64,000 bases of DNA from an archaeon. Its GTDB lineage: Archaea > Nanobdellota > Nanobdellia > SCGC-AAA011-G17 > GW2011-AR17. A program made the position numbers and the translations under genes. This document shows, piece after piece, positions 1-10,305 of the stretch. The notes beneath the pieces were generated by a model. It did no database searches. It was given only the letters and a program-made list of their open reading frames with translations, and was not told where the DNA came from. Position 1 is the stretch's first letter. Each line of letters opens with the position of its first letter. The stretch is from contig JBDRJY010000011.1 of NCBI GenBank assembly GCA_043814545.1, positions 13,013 through 77,012 of the forward strand, in the 5' to 3' direction.

Positions 1-614
1 AAGAAGGATTTACAATAATAACATTTGACCCGGACGGTCGAGGGAAAAGTGGAGGATTTGATGATCAAAATGGTTTCACTCATCAAGACGGATTAGCTGC
101 AATAATTGAATTTGTTGCAACTTTGCCAGAAGTCGATCCTAATCAAATGGGAATATTTTCACAATCATATGGTGTAACTTTAGCTTCAGGCGTCTTAGCA
201 AGATATCCGCAATTACCATTATCTTTCTTGATTGATTATGAAGGACCAGCTAATAGAGATGACACTGGTGGTTGTGATGAAGCAGGAACTGGACATTTAC
301 AAGATTTAGTAACTTGCGATGATGAAATGTTTTGGGCAGAGCATGAAGCTGAAACTTTTATTTCACAAATCCATGTACCTTATCAACGTTTACAAAAAAT
401 AAGAGACCATGCCCAACCAGATTATGAACATACAATTATAATGAACAATGCAGCTGTTGAAGGGTTAAGTCCGTGGGTAAGGTTAAACTATTTACAACTC
501 AACATAATTTATACTGAAGAAAATTTGCCACCAATGCTATCAAATATGTTCGGTGAAAAGTTGTTAGAGGAATTGCCTAATTTAGTAAATGAAATGTTAG
601 CATTGCCTTATTAA
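1..614 (+). CDS. alpha/beta hydrolase (CocE/DLH-like), 5'-truncated by the window edge
   Basis: Frame is open from base 3 (EGFTIITFDPDGRGKSGG...), then VDPNQMGIFSQSYG nucleophile elbow. Confidence 0.7.
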   Translation, partial: EGFTIITFDPDGRGKSGGFDDQNGFTHQDGLAAIIEFVATLPEVDPNQMGIFSQSYGVTLASGVLARYPQLPLSFLIDYEGPANRDDTGGCDEAGTGHLQDLVTCDDEMFWAEHEAETFISQIHVPYQRLQKIRDHAQPDYEHTIIMNNAAVEGLSPWVRLNYLQLNIIYTEENLPPMLSNMFGEKLLEELPNLVNEMLALPY

Positions 615-674
615 ACCAAAAGCAAAACCCGTTCTTCACAAATTTTAAAAACACTTTACCTAAAAACAATTAGC

Positions 675-1604
675 ATGAAACATTTAATCTGTCTCAAAGA
701 TATTTCAAAAGAAGAAATCTTACAACTTGTAAACAAAGCCGTAAACATTAAACGTAACCCTAGCGATTATTCTACCATCTTAAAAGATAAAACTTTGTTA
801 ATGATATTTGAAAAACCTTCTTTGAGAACAAGAGTAAGTTTCGAAACAGGTATGACACGGATGGGAGGACATGCTATCTATTATAATACTTCTACCTCAC
901 CAATGGGGAAGAAAGAGTCTATAGCAGATACAGTGAAAGCTGCTTCACGTTACGTCGATATTATTATGGCTAGATTGTTTTCGCATCGTAGCATGGAAGA
1001 GATGGCTCAACATTCAGATGTTCCTGTGATAAACGGTTTAACTGACTTTTCACACCCTTGCCAGATTCTTTCTGACTTACAAACTATCTTAGAGAAGAAA
1101 GGTAAGTTAGTAGGTTTGAAAATTGCTTATTTAGGAAATTCTAACAATAATGTAACACATTCTATCATGTACGGTTGTTTGAAAGTTGGTATGAATGTTT
1201 CAATTGGTTGTCCTTCTGGAACTGAGTACGAACCTTTGCCTTCAGTTGTTGAAGAATGTAAACGTATTTGTTTGGAGTCTGGTTCTACTTTAACTATTAC
1301 ACACAATGCAATGGAAGCTGTTCGCGATGCTGACGTGATTTATACTGATTCTTGGATGTCGTACCATATTCCTGAAAATCAGAAAGAAGAACGGTTAAGA
1401 ATATTTCAACCTTTCCAAGTGAATGCATATTTAATGTCTCATGCTAAATCTAATGCAATCTTTATGAATTGTTTGCCTGCAATGCGCGGTTATGAACAAA
1501 CAGCTGAAGTTATTGACGGTCCTCAAAGCGTTGTGTTTGACCAGGCTGAGAACAGGTTACATATGCAAAATGCTATCTTGTTGAAATTGTTAGGATTTTT
1601 TTGA
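675..1604 (+). CDS. argF: ornithine carbamoyltransferase
   Basis: FEKPSLRTRVSFE, HPCQ, DVIYTDSW, NCLP and FDQAENRLH motifs. Confidence 0.95.
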   Translation: MKHLICLKDISKEEILQLVNKAVNIKRNPSDYSTILKDKTLLMIFEKPSLRTRVSFETGMTRMGGHAIYYNTSTSPMGKKESIADTVKAASRYVDIIMARLFSHRSMEEMAQHSDVPVINGLTDFSHPCQILSDLQTILEKKGKLVGLKIAYLGNSNNNVTHSIMYGCLKVGMNVSIGCPSGTEYEPLPSVVEECKRICLESGSTLTITHNAMEAVRDADVIYTDSWMSYHIPENQKEERLRIFQPFQVNAYLMSHAKSNAIFMNCLPAMRGYEQTAEVIDGPQSVVFDQAENRLHMQNAILLKLLGFF

Positions 1605-1671
1605 TTTTTCCCTTCGGGTTAAAGGTTTGTTTCTTAGTTAATTGGCTGGTTGACAATTTATTGAAATATAT

Positions 1672-2088
1672 TTAAAACCAAGTTTCTTTTTTGTATGTCC
1701 TATATTCTTTTCCAAATCTCTTATCCAAAATTTTTTCTTCAAAATAAGCCCGAATAATAAGAATCATAATTAAACTACTAAAAATAATCATTATAATCCA
1801 ATTTTGAAATAATATCATCCATCCTATAAGTATTAGACTTAAACCAAAATATATTGGGTGGCGAATTTTTGAATATATCCCTTTCTTCATTAATTTTTTT
1901 GCTTTGGGCATTGCGGTAAAAGCGTTATGTAAAGTAAGTTTCCCTAACCACCAAATGATTATTCCAATAATTGATAACAAAAAACCTAAAATAAAAAAAG
2001 TATTTAGTGTGAATTTACTTGTAATAAAATACACTATAAGTATAGTAAATAAAAAAGGAATAATATTTTCAATTTGGTAACGTTTCAT
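1672..2088 (-). CDS. isoprenylcysteine carboxyl methyltransferase / PEMT family membrane protein
   Basis: TM helices, GIYSKIRHPIY and EEKILDKRFGKEY motifs. Confidence 0.85.
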   Translation of the reverse strand: MKRYQIENIIPFLFTILIVYFITSKFTLNTFFILGFLLSIIGIIIWWLGKLTLHNAFTAMPKAKKLMKKGIYSKIRHPIYFGLSLILIGWMILFQNWIIMIIFSSLIMILIIRAYFEEKILDKRFGKEYRTYKKETWF

Positions 2089-2324
2089 AATAAATTAAAA
2101 GGAGTAAACCTATTTAAATAATAGTAATTGTCCTTAAAAACAATCAATTTATTAAAGATTTTTCTTAATATTTTATATAATAATCAATAGACACAATCAT
2201 TTAAGCCAAAGGCAAAAACCAATCCAACCCCTTAAATTTATAAAGAATAAAGTCATTTAGTTTTATATATGAAATATTCCTTGAAAACCAACATTATGCA
2301 GCGGGTAGTGAAGGGGGTGATCTG

Positions 2325-2957
2325 GTGAGAACAATACTAATATTTTGTGCTCATAGTGATGACGAGGCTGTTGGGATGGCCGGCACCATTGCCAAGTTCG
2401 TTGATGAGAAGTATCAAGTTATCAAAGTAGTTTTATCTTTTGGTGAGTCTAGCCATCCGCATTTTCAGGAAGATGTTGTTATCAAAAAACGTGTTCAAGA
2501 AACTGAAGAAGCCAGCAAGTTTATCGGTATTAAGAAAACAATGTTTTTAGGTTTAAAAGATTTCAATGTTAAGCAAGAGTTGAAAGAAAAAAACGGGAAA
2601 GAAATCATTAAAAAGATTATTGAAAAGTATAAACCTCTACAGATTTATGTACCGACTGATTCTGACCCTCACCCTGACCATAAAGCTGTTAACAAAGTTG
2701 TCTTGGAAGCTGTTGACGTGTTACGGAAAAATTATCCTATTTACGCGTTTGAAGTTTGGAACCTTGTACAAGAAGGTCATCCTTTAGTTTACATTGACAT
2801 TACTAAGTATTATAAGAAAAAAATTAAATATATTAAAACTTTTGCAAGCCAATGGGTTTACATGTATTCCCTTATGATACCTGTTTATATTCGATCACGG
2901 ACGTATGGATGGGCACACAATTGTAAATATGCAGAGAGGTTTTACAAAATAAGATGA
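2325..2957 (+). CDS. PIG-L/LmbE family N-acetyl deacetylase
   Basis: AHSDDE and HPDH motifs; GTG start after a GGGGTGA RBS. Confidence 0.9.
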   Translation: MRTILIFCAHSDDEAVGMAGTIAKFVDEKYQVIKVVLSFGESSHPHFQEDVVIKKRVQETEEASKFIGIKKTMFLGLKDFNVKQELKEKNGKEIIKKIIEKYKPLQIYVPTDSDPHPDHKAVNKVVLEAVDVLRKNYPIYAFEVWNLVQEGHPLVYIDITKYYKKKIKYIKTFASQWVYMYSLMIPVYIRSRTYGWAHNCKYAERFYKIR

Positions 2958-4054
2958 AAGTATTGTTTGTTGTTTCAGGAATAGGGTACGGTGACGCTAC
3001 GCGTGAGCTTTCAGTAATACGTAAACTATTAGATAAACATCCTCAAACAAAAATCATGGTTGCCGGTTATGATAATTCTTACGAGTTTTTCAAAAATATG
3101 TTTGACACTATCAAAATTAAAGGTTATAAGCTACCAGGGAAACGAATGAAACTTTCTATTCTACCTTTCCTATTCCAAAATATTTTGTTACCTGTCCATT
3201 GGTTATTTAGTATGGTTAAAATTAAATCTAAGATTAAAAATTTTAAACCAGATATTATTATAAGCGACTTTGAACCGAGTGGCATTGCATTTGCCAGATT
3301 AGTTTTTAAAAAATGTATCGTTGTTTTCGGTTATGATCCTTTAACATATAAAGAATTTAAGAAAGAGAATAAAGTTAGTTTGAAATTGCGTACCGAAGCT
3401 TTATACTTTGAAAAAGTGTATAATCGTGCTAATTTAGTTATTATTCCTAAAATTTTTGGTAAAAATTCTCGCGATGTGAGTTTCCCTTATATTTACGTTG
3501 ATTCAGTGGTAAGGCAACGACCCGAAGAGCTTCCCGATAATAAAATTCTTATGAAAAAATATAAGTTTGAGAAACGGCCAATAATTGTAATGATGGGCGG
3601 TTCAAAGTTAGGTATACAGTTAGCTAAAAATATTAACAATGTTGCTGACAAATTTAACGAACATTTTATTATTTTCGGTGGCGAATGTAACTTTAAACTA
3701 AACAATAACATAACTTATATTCCGTTTTCTTTTGAATTTCTTGAATATCTGAAAATCTCTAAAGGAGTTATAACTTTGGGCGGACAGAAAACGATTAGCG
3801 AAAGTCTTCTGTTCAAAAAACCTTTAATGTTATTTCCTATTCGAGGACACGTTGAACAAGTAATGAATGCATACGAAGCTCGAGAATATTCATATTTAGC
3901 AAAAAGTTATTCAGCTAAAGAAATTGCTAAAGAAATTAAAGAGTTTTTGAAAGTTCAGCCTGCTTTAGAACATAAGCTTAAGAAATTAAAAATTGAAACT
4001 AACGGTGCTAAACAAATTGTTAAAGTTATTGAAACTTTAGCTAAGAAGTCTTAA
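2954..4054 (+). CDS. GT-B glycosyltransferase (MJ1255/GT28-like)
   Basis: GIGYGDATR, PDIIISDFEP, GG...ISE...KP...EQ..NA motifs. Confidence 0.85.
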   Translation: MKVLFVVSGIGYGDATRELSVIRKLLDKHPQTKIMVAGYDNSYEFFKNMFDTIKIKGYKLPGKRMKLSILPFLFQNILLPVHWLFSMVKIKSKIKNFKPDIIISDFEPSGIAFARLVFKKCIVVFGYDPLTYKEFKKENKVSLKLRTEALYFEKVYNRANLVIIPKIFGKNSRDVSFPYIYVDSVVRQRPEELPDNKILMKKYKFEKRPIIVMMGGSKLGIQLAKNINNVADKFNEHFIIFGGECNFKLNNNITYIPFSFEFLEYLKISKGVITLGGQKTISESLLFKKPLMLFPIRGHVEQVMNAYEAREYSYLAKSYSAKEIAKEIKEFLKVQPALEHKLKKLKIETNGAKQIVKVIETLAKKS

Positions 4055-4765
4055 CCAGTTTTCAGGATTTTTCTTTTTCATTAAACCTTCTAAACAAAAT
4101 ATAGTAATACCTCTAACCTGATGATGTTTCAACCATTTAATATCGTCTTCCAAATCTTTAGGAGTTTTGTATTCTTTAGGAAAGTAAAATTTACCTTGCC
4201 CTATGTATCCAATAATATAATCACCGTCTTTATGTGTTCTTAAAAACAACGACAAGTAAGAATAGTATAATGGTTGTATGTACCAAGGAACTATCGATGG
4301 AAAAATCAAATAATTCTTAGGTACATTTATAGCTCCTAACCAGTTTAACATAAAATCTGGAAACGCAAACGTTGAGATTGTTAAATCGTCTTTTAATTCT
4401 GTTAAAACTTCTTGAAAATATTCAGTGTTTTTACCTTTCTTGAAAAACATTTTTAACCATTCCCATTTATTTTTTCTGTAAGGAGGTTCAAGGTCTATAT
4501 GCATTTCTATTCCTTTAAACTCTTTCAACCGATCAATATATTCTTTTTTTATTTGTCCAGAGAACCAGTAACCTTCTTCGTCTTTTAATAGCGGCCATGC
4601 AATAAGTTTTATTTTTTTAGAATTAATTTTCTTTTTCCATTGTAAAAAATCTTTTTTAGATGAACATGCTAAGCTAACTGTTAAAGACATGTCTAACTTT
4701 TTTAACAACCTAACTAGTTTTAACCAGTCTACTTGGTTCGGAAGTTCGCACGAAATTGAGAACAT
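4037..4765 (-). CDS. hypothetical protein, possibly a TIM-barrel glycoside-hydrolase-like fold
   Basis: 242-aa ORF in an operon with GNAT and dus; HIDLEP motif gives weak support for the fold. Confidence 0.55.
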   Translation of the reverse strand: MFSISCELPNQVDWLKLVRLLKKLDMSLTVSLACSSKKDFLQWKKKINSKKIKLIAWPLLKDEEGYWFSGQIKKEYIDRLKEFKGIEMHIDLEPPYRKNKWEWLKMFFKKGKNTEYFQEVLTELKDDLTISTFAFPDFMLNWLGAINVPKNYLIFPSIVPWYIQPLYYSYLSLFLRTHKDGDYIIGYIGQGKFYFPKEYKTPKDLEDDIKWLKHHQVRGITIFCLEGLMKKKNPENWLRLLS

Positions 4766-5415
4766 CTTTTTTTATGAAATTTCTCCTTTGTAAAATCTTT
4801 AATGAATGCTGTAGCAAAGTATGTATCTTTTCCAGGAAATAATTTAATTTGTTTATAATCGAAAATCTTGTATCCTTTTTCTTGATAATATTTAAATTTC
4901 CATCGGCCGAAGGCAATAAACTCGCGTACTAATCTTCTATTCTTAGTATTTTTCTTAACATATTTATAAAATACTTTAACTAATTTAGTACCAACTCCTT
5001 TACCACGATAACCTTCCTTAACATTCCTGTGGAAATGTGAAACATTTTTAACTTCTTTTGGATAACCGTTTGAGAATTGTTGAAAAAATAGGTTAATGAA
5101 CTTTCTATTTTTCTTTCCGTACTTGAAAATGTAACGGTAAATTACTTTAGGTACATTAGTTAACAAAACTTTAATCCAATAACGGTTGTGTTCTTTAGGT
5201 TTAATACAACCTGTAATATAACCAACTAATTTTCCTTTATCAACTGCTATGAAAGTGCTTTCAGGTTCAACATCTGTATAATATTTTGTTATAAGGTCAG
5301 CAAACAATTCTTTATCTGTGAATAAAACGTTTACACCCAACCCATTAAATGCTGTATCGTTACATAATTTTCTTAACTGTTTCCGATATTTTTTTTCGTA
5401 AGGTATTATTTTCAT
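4729..5415 (-). CDS. GNAT family acetyltransferase
   Basis: YRGKGVGTKL acetyl-CoA motif A; FIAVDKGKLVGYI. Confidence 0.85.
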   Translation of the reverse strand: MKIIPYEKKYRKQLRKLCNDTAFNGLGVNVLFTDKELFADLITKYYTDVEPESTFIAVDKGKLVGYITGCIKPKEHNRYWIKVLLTNVPKVIYRYIFKYGKKNRKFINLFFQQFSNGYPKEVKNVSHFHRNVKEGYRGKGVGTKLVKVFYKYVKKNTKNRRLVREFIAFGRWKFKYYQEKGYKIFDYKQIKLFPGKDTYFATAFIKDFTKEKFHKKRCSQFRANFRTK

Positions 5416-6356
5416 GTTAACTTCTCCAACAGTTCAATGATTTCTTCCGATGAATTAACATTATTTAACTGTGCACGAGTTTTGGCTCCACCATTCAAAC
5501 CTTTTGTAAATTCTTGTGCAAACTGTCTTAATTTAACTATACTGTCAACTTTATATTTTTTTGCTAAAACAATATATTCTTTGTAAAGTTTTATTTTATC
5601 TTTAGCCGAAGGGGAGTCCATTTGTTTTTTTGTTCGTAAATAATGATTGACTTCTTTGAAAAGGTGAGGATTACTCATTGCTGCCCTGCCAATCATTACT
5701 CCATCACATCCTGTAATGTCTAACATTTTTTTAGCATCAGGCCCAGTTTTAACATCACCATTACCTATTACTGGTATAGAAACAGATTCTTTAACTTGAG
5801 AGATTAAATCCCAATCAGCTTTCCCTGAATAACCTTGGTCCAATGTTCTTGCATGTAAAGTTATTGCTGACACGCCTGCTTCCTCCAACTGTTTTGCAAT
5901 TTGGATAGCATTGATTTCTCTTTTCGAAAAGCCAGACCTAATTTTGGCTGTGACCGGTTTGCCTGATTCTTTAATAATGATTTGAATAATTTCTTTCATC
6001 CTTTGAGGTCTTCTAAGTAATGCAGCGCCAGCACCTTGGTTAACCACAACTGGAGATGGACAGCCAAAGTTGAAATCAATAATATCCGCCTGATCTTTAA
6101 TCACTTTAACAGCTTTAGACAAGTTATCTAACCTAGAACCAAACAACTGAATAGCGACGGGACGTTCTTCCTCAACAGTCTTAGCTAAGTTCAACGTAGC
6201 TTGATTATTATTAGCCAATGCATTAATATTAACAAACTGAGTATAAACTAAAGCAGCACCATACTGTTTGCAAAGTAATCTAAATGCTACATCTGTTACA
6301 CCAGCCATTGGTGCCAGAATAAGTTTTCCTTTGAGGGTGATGTCGCCAATTTTCAT
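5412..6356 (-). CDS. dusB: tRNA-dihydrouridine synthase (DusB-like)
   Basis: LAPMAGVTD, NFGCP, HART, NGDV and GVMIGR motifs. Confidence 0.93.
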   Translation of the reverse strand: MKIGDITLKGKLILAPMAGVTDVAFRLLCKQYGAALVYTQFVNINALANNNQATLNLAKTVEEERPVAIQLFGSRLDNLSKAVKVIKDQADIIDFNFGCPSPVVVNQGAGAALLRRPQRMKEIIQIIIKESGKPVTAKIRSGFSKREINAIQIAKQLEEAGVSAITLHARTLDQGYSGKADWDLISQVKESVSIPVIGNGDVKTGPDAKKMLDITGCDGVMIGRAAMSNPHLFKEVNHYLRTKKQMDSPSAKDKIKLYKEYIVLAKKYKVDSIVKLRQFAQEFTKGLNGGAKTRAQLNNVNSSEEIIELLEKLT

Positions 6357-6367
6357 TTTAAAATAAG

Positions 6368-6442
6368 CGGACCCGAAGGGATTTGAACCCTCGACCTACA
6401 GCTTAGGAGGCTGTCGCTCTATCCAAACTGAGCTACGAGTCC
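6368..6442 (-). tRNA. tRNA-Arg(CCT)
   Basis: Reverse complement GGACTCG...CGGGTCC-G cloverleaf; anticodon arm ACAGC-CTCCTAA-GCTGT; TTCAAAT T-loop; CCA not encoded. Confidence 0.95.
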
Positions 6443-6617
6443 AGCATAACAAAAGAGTAAATGCTTAAGTTTTTAAGATTTTTGGATTGAGTTCAAAGTC
6501 CAAAGCCAAGAATAATCTCCGTCGGTAAAATCATAAAGTTTAAATACCCTTAAAGCAATTAGAAATGTATGGGGGAATTACATTCTTCCAAAAACTCTAG
6601 AGGTGAAATGGAAAAAA

Positions 6618-7034
6618 ATGGGAACCGTTGTATGCAAATGCGGAATTAAAAGAGAGTCTGGATTTTTATATTTTCTAGACAAAAATGGTGACGTAGCTAA
6701 AACAAAAATGGCACGTGCCGGAGACAAAAAAGGTAAACGAAAACAAATTGTTGTTTACAAAGCTGGTATTAAACGTAAAAAAGGATATCTTTACTTCATT
6801 GATAAGCAAGGTAATGTTGCTATGGCACAAATGGCTGTAGGACGAAAGAAATCTAAAAAGAAAGTTACTAAGAAAAAAGTTGTTAAAAAGAAAGTAACTA
6901 AGAAAAAACCAGTTAAGAAAAAAGTTACCAAAAAGAAAGTAGCTAAGAAAAAACCGGTTAAGAAAAAAGTTACCAAAAAGAAAGTAGCTAAGAAAAAACC
7001 AGTTAAGAAAAAAGTTGCTAAAAAGAAAAGGTAA
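6618..7034 (+). CDS. very basic protein: duplicated small domain plus histone H1-like Lys-rich tail
   Basis: Two copies of GIKR..G(F/Y)LYF.DK.G.VA...MA, then KKKV(T/A)/KKKPV repeats; ATG at 6618 follows GAGGTGA. Confidence 0.8.
   Translation: MGTVVCKCGIKRESGFLYFLDKNGDVAKTKMARAGDKKGKRKQIVVYKAGIKRKKGYLYFIDKQGNVAMAQMAVGRKKSKKKVTKKKVVKKKVTKKKPVKKKVTKKKVAKKKPVKKKVTKKKVAKKKPVKKKVAKKKR
6855..7028 (+). repeat. coding tandem repeat (15-bp units within a 45-bp period) encoding the KKKxx tail
   Basis: Repeated aagaaaaaagttacc / aaaaagaaagtagct / aagaaaaaaccagtt. Confidence 0.85.
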
Positions 7035-7037
7035 ACT

Positions 7038-8843
7038 TTATTCACTTATTTTTTTTAATTCTATTTTTTTATTTAATTCTAACGCACAGATTATTTTTTT
7101 ACCAAAATCAGAATGTTTGTTAACCTTAATCTCATTATTTTTTCCTGACATTGATGTAAAAAGATATTCGTCGTCGAGAAACATATCTACAATGTAGCCT
7201 GAACCACCTACTTCAAACACTAAACTGTTTGCACGTTCAGACGCTGTATATTCTAATGTAATACCCTCTTTCCTTGCAGACTCTTGCGGATAAAGTTCAA
7301 TAGAGATTCCCAATTTTCTTTGTAAATGAACAATTGTTTTTCCACCTTCACCAATAGTGTTAGTCATATCTTTTTTTGGAATATAAACGTATGCTTTAAA
7401 ATCACTTTTCATTGTAACTTCTACACTTGATGCATAATTTAAAATTTCTTTTTCAATCATTTTCGCTGCAAGGTTTCTTACAGGATTATCCTTAGTTTCT
7501 TTTTCAATAGGTAGAATAACAGTTTCTTCACCGAAAGTATAAATTTCATAAACAGGATTGTTCGTTAACAAATCTCGAATTTCTACAACAGGTCTTGCAA
7601 GATCAGCTTCAACCATTCCAGAAGGAACTTTTATTTTCATTTTTAATGTAAGAACATCTTTAACTTTACCATTCTCAACAAAAATTACTGTGTCAACAAT
7701 TGAAGGTATCATTCCAACATCTAGTCTGCCTAAAAATCTTTGCACAGCATCAATTGCAGATGCACTGTGTACAACACCTATCACTGCTGAACCACCTAAC
7801 CTTAAATCAATGAAAAGTTTAAAATCAGGAGTATCACGAATTTCGTCAAACACTAAATTGTCTGGCCTAGACAAAAATAATAAATCATGAATCTCTTCAC
7901 TGTCAGCAAAGTTTTTTGAATACTGCGTAACTTCATTAGGAAGAATTAAGTCACGGGGACTTTCAATAGTTTTTGTTATTCTTCCTTCTTTAAGATAAAG
8001 CTTTGCCACTGCCTGAACCAAAGTAGATTTACCACTTCCAGTTTCACCTGCAATAACCAACCCTGCAGCTTTTTCAACCATCCTGTTAACAATTTCTTTT
8101 GGAAGATCATAATCTTCAAGGTGTAAAACCCTAATAGGCCGCACTATAGTTATTTCCCATCCGTCAGATACAGGAGGTTTTACAATAACTATCCTATAAT
8201 GTTGGTACTGAATAATTGTTGAACTTTTACGCGAAATTTCTACAACTGCTTTCGAATCTATCCTTGCTTTCTCAACAATCTCCTTAGCAATACGTTGAAC
8301 ATCTACCAAGCCTAATTTTTCAGTATCAACTATCTCTAAGTTCCAGTTACCGGGAGCTCCACGTTTAGCTAGAGGAACACAATCTTCTTTCAAATGTAAA
8401 CTCATAGTGTTCTCGTCAAAGAATTGTTCAAATTCTAATTTCATTAAATCAGATTTTAATCGTATGAAAATAACATTAACTCCTATAGCCTTAGCTGTTT
8501 GTGCCTGGATAACATTAGCTGTGATTAAGCTCGCACTTTCATCATAAGCAATATCTTTAACCAAAGAATCAACATATAATCCACTATCATCGTTCTTTAA
8601 CTGGAAAACTGTAGGTTTTACGCCGACAAGTTTTATTGTGATATAACCTTGAGTTGCCAGGTTTTGTAGTTCTTCCAACTCTTCCAATCCTAATAAACCT
8701 ATTTCACGTCCTAAATTAGCTTCATATTCCAGCCTAGCAACTACTGCACGAGGTAAAAGAATATCTCCTTTAATTTTTTCACCATTAATCATCTTAGAAA
8801 CAGCTTTTTCTATAACAACCGAAGTATCTATAATATAAACCAT
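7038..8843 (-). CDS. PIN-domain ATPase with KH domain (PINA / MJ1533 family)
   Basis: N-terminal IIDTSVVI PIN, Walker A GETGSGKST, RPD...DEIR, C-terminal IGEGGKTI KH motif. Confidence 0.9.
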   Translation of the reverse strand: MVYIIDTSVVIEKAVSKMINGEKIKGDILLPRAVVARLEYEANLGREIGLLGLEELEELQNLATQGYITIKLVGVKPTVFQLKNDDSGLYVDSLVKDIAYDESASLITANVIQAQTAKAIGVNVIFIRLKSDLMKLEFEQFFDENTMSLHLKEDCVPLAKRGAPGNWNLEIVDTEKLGLVDVQRIAKEIVEKARIDSKAVVEISRKSSTIIQYQHYRIVIVKPPVSDGWEITIVRPIRVLHLEDYDLPKEIVNRMVEKAAGLVIAGETGSGKSTLVQAVAKLYLKEGRITKTIESPRDLILPNEVTQYSKNFADSEEIHDLLFLSRPDNLVFDEIRDTPDFKLFIDLRLGGSAVIGVVHSASAIDAVQRFLGRLDVGMIPSIVDTVIFVENGKVKDVLTLKMKIKVPSGMVEADLARPVVEIRDLLTNNPVYEIYTFGEETVILPIEKETKDNPVRNLAAKMIEKEILNYASSVEVTMKSDFKAYVYIPKKDMTNTIGEGGKTIVHLQRKLGISIELYPQESARKEGITLEYTASERANSLVFEVGGSGYIVDMFLDDEYLFTSMSGKNNEIKVNKHSDFGKKIICALELNKKIELKKISE

Positions 8844-8906
8844 CGCAATTAATTATTATCTTTAGTTATATATTCTTTATGGAATTATAACAACTCTATA
8901 TTTAAA

Positions 8907-9635
8907 CTAAACCTTTCTAACAAAGGTTAAGAATGCAGTATGGCCTTGCATTTGAGATTTAGGACGAACTTTCCTACCAGAAATGTACCATTCTCTCTCG
9001 AGCAACTCTACTGTACGCAAATGTAAAAAATTTTCTGGTAACGAGTTAACAAACTCTTGCACCTGAGTAATCGACGGTAAGTATGTAACAACCATTGCAC
9101 CATTTTTCAATGCATTAGAAGCCACAGGCAAAACTCGCCACGGTTCCGGCAAGTCTAAGGTTAAAACGTCAACATCTATCTCATCAAGACCATCATAAAT
9201 ATCTTTTTCTTTAACCATAACATTGTCAACATTAAGAAACTCTAAATTTTTTTTAGCTATTTTAGCATGAGAAGAATTCATTTCATAACTAATAACTTTC
9301 TTAGACACTCTGCCTAAACAAGCAGCTAACAAACCGCAACCCGCACCTGCGTCAACAACGAATGAATCTTGGTTAACACCTGAGTACATTAAAATTAAAC
9401 CTATATCTTTTAAAAGTAAAGTTTGAGGACCACGCTTAATTTTATCTATCTGGTCGACGAAGGAAGGGCTAAAACAAAAAAACTCTTTACCAGACCCAGA
9501 TTTAACTACACCTTGACCAGACTCTAACTCACTCTCTTTAATTGTACCAAAGTTAGTATGCAAATCACCTTCGTCCCAGTAAAATTTGTATTTGTTAAAC
9601 ATAGGGTTAGTACGCATTAAAATTTTCTTAACCAT
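8907..9635 (-). CDS. trmI: tRNA (adenine57/58-N1)-methyltransferase
   Basis: KRGPQ, DAGAGCG, LDLPEPW and GHTAFL motifs. Confidence 0.9.
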   Translation of the reverse strand: MVKKILMRTNPMFNKYKFYWDEGDLHTNFGTIKESELESGQGVVKSGSGKEFFCFSPSFVDQIDKIKRGPQTLLLKDIGLILMYSGVNQDSFVVDAGAGCGLLAACLGRVSKKVISYEMNSSHAKIAKKNLEFLNVDNVMVKEKDIYDGLDEIDVDVLTLDLPEPWRVLPVASNALKNGAMVVTYLPSITQVQEFVNSLPENFLHLRTVELLEREWYISGRKVRPKSQMQGHTAFLTFVRKV

Positions 9636-9763
9636 AATGAAAAACGAAATTCTATGGCTTTAAAAGGTTTGTTCTCTATATATTTCTACACGAAAGGTTT
9701 AAATATTAAAAAACAGGATATAATCTTTATATTTATCTTAGAAAAAAAGGAGGTTGATTTTAT

Positions 9764-10279
9764 ATGAAGAAAAAGGGAATTTCCCCGCTAATCGCTACCG
9801 TTCTAATTATCGGTTTTACCGTTGCTCTAGCAGCATTGATCTTGAACTGGGGCCAGACGTTTACACAAGACATACAAGAAAGTACTTCTGAATCTGGAGA
9901 ACAACAGCTAACATGTGCAACTGACGTGGTTTTTGATTTGCAAAATGTTTGTTCTAGTACACCTAATTTATTAATTACAATAGCTAACAATGGTGCAATA
10001 GATATCGAAGATTTTAGTCTTAGAATTTATAAAGATGAAAGTACTGTTTTTACAACAACAATAACCGAAATAACATCATTAACAGCACCGGTTTTAGAAG
10101 CTTTTGGTATTAAAACTTATATGGTTGATCTTACTGGAGCTTTACCGCCAACTGTAACAGCACTATCAGCAACCGTTGTAGAAATTATTCCACAAATCAT
10201 TGTCGGTGACGAAATTATTACTTGTTCAGCAACAATAGATGATTTTGGAATCTTAGGAACAGTATTCGACGTTTGTTAA
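9764..10279 (+). CDS. archaeal type IV pilin (probable major pilin)
   Basis: Class III signal KKKG/ISPLIATVLIIGFTVAL; strong GGAGG RBS. Confidence 0.9.
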   Translation: MKKKGISPLIATVLIIGFTVALAALILNWGQTFTQDIQESTSESGEQQLTCATDVVFDLQNVCSSTPNLLITIANNGAIDIEDFSLRIYKDESTVFTTTITEITSLTAPVLEAFGIKTYMVDLTGALPPTVTALSATVVEIIPQIIVGDEIITCSATIDDFGILGTVFDVC

Positions 10280-10305
10280 AACAATTTTTATTTTTTTTTA
10301 ATACA

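Noticed and set aside
2269-2328. 19-codon upstream ORF overlapping the PIG-L start
   Set aside because: Too short to support; it contains the RBS of the downstream gene
4904-4921. Hairpin-repeat-like match (ggccgaaggcaataaac) inside the GNAT gene
   Set aside because: Lies in coding sequence (FIAFGR) and may be chance; not counted as a copy
6791-7045. Phe-rich repetitive ORF on the minus strand
   Set aside because: Antisense shadow of the Lys-rich repeat gene
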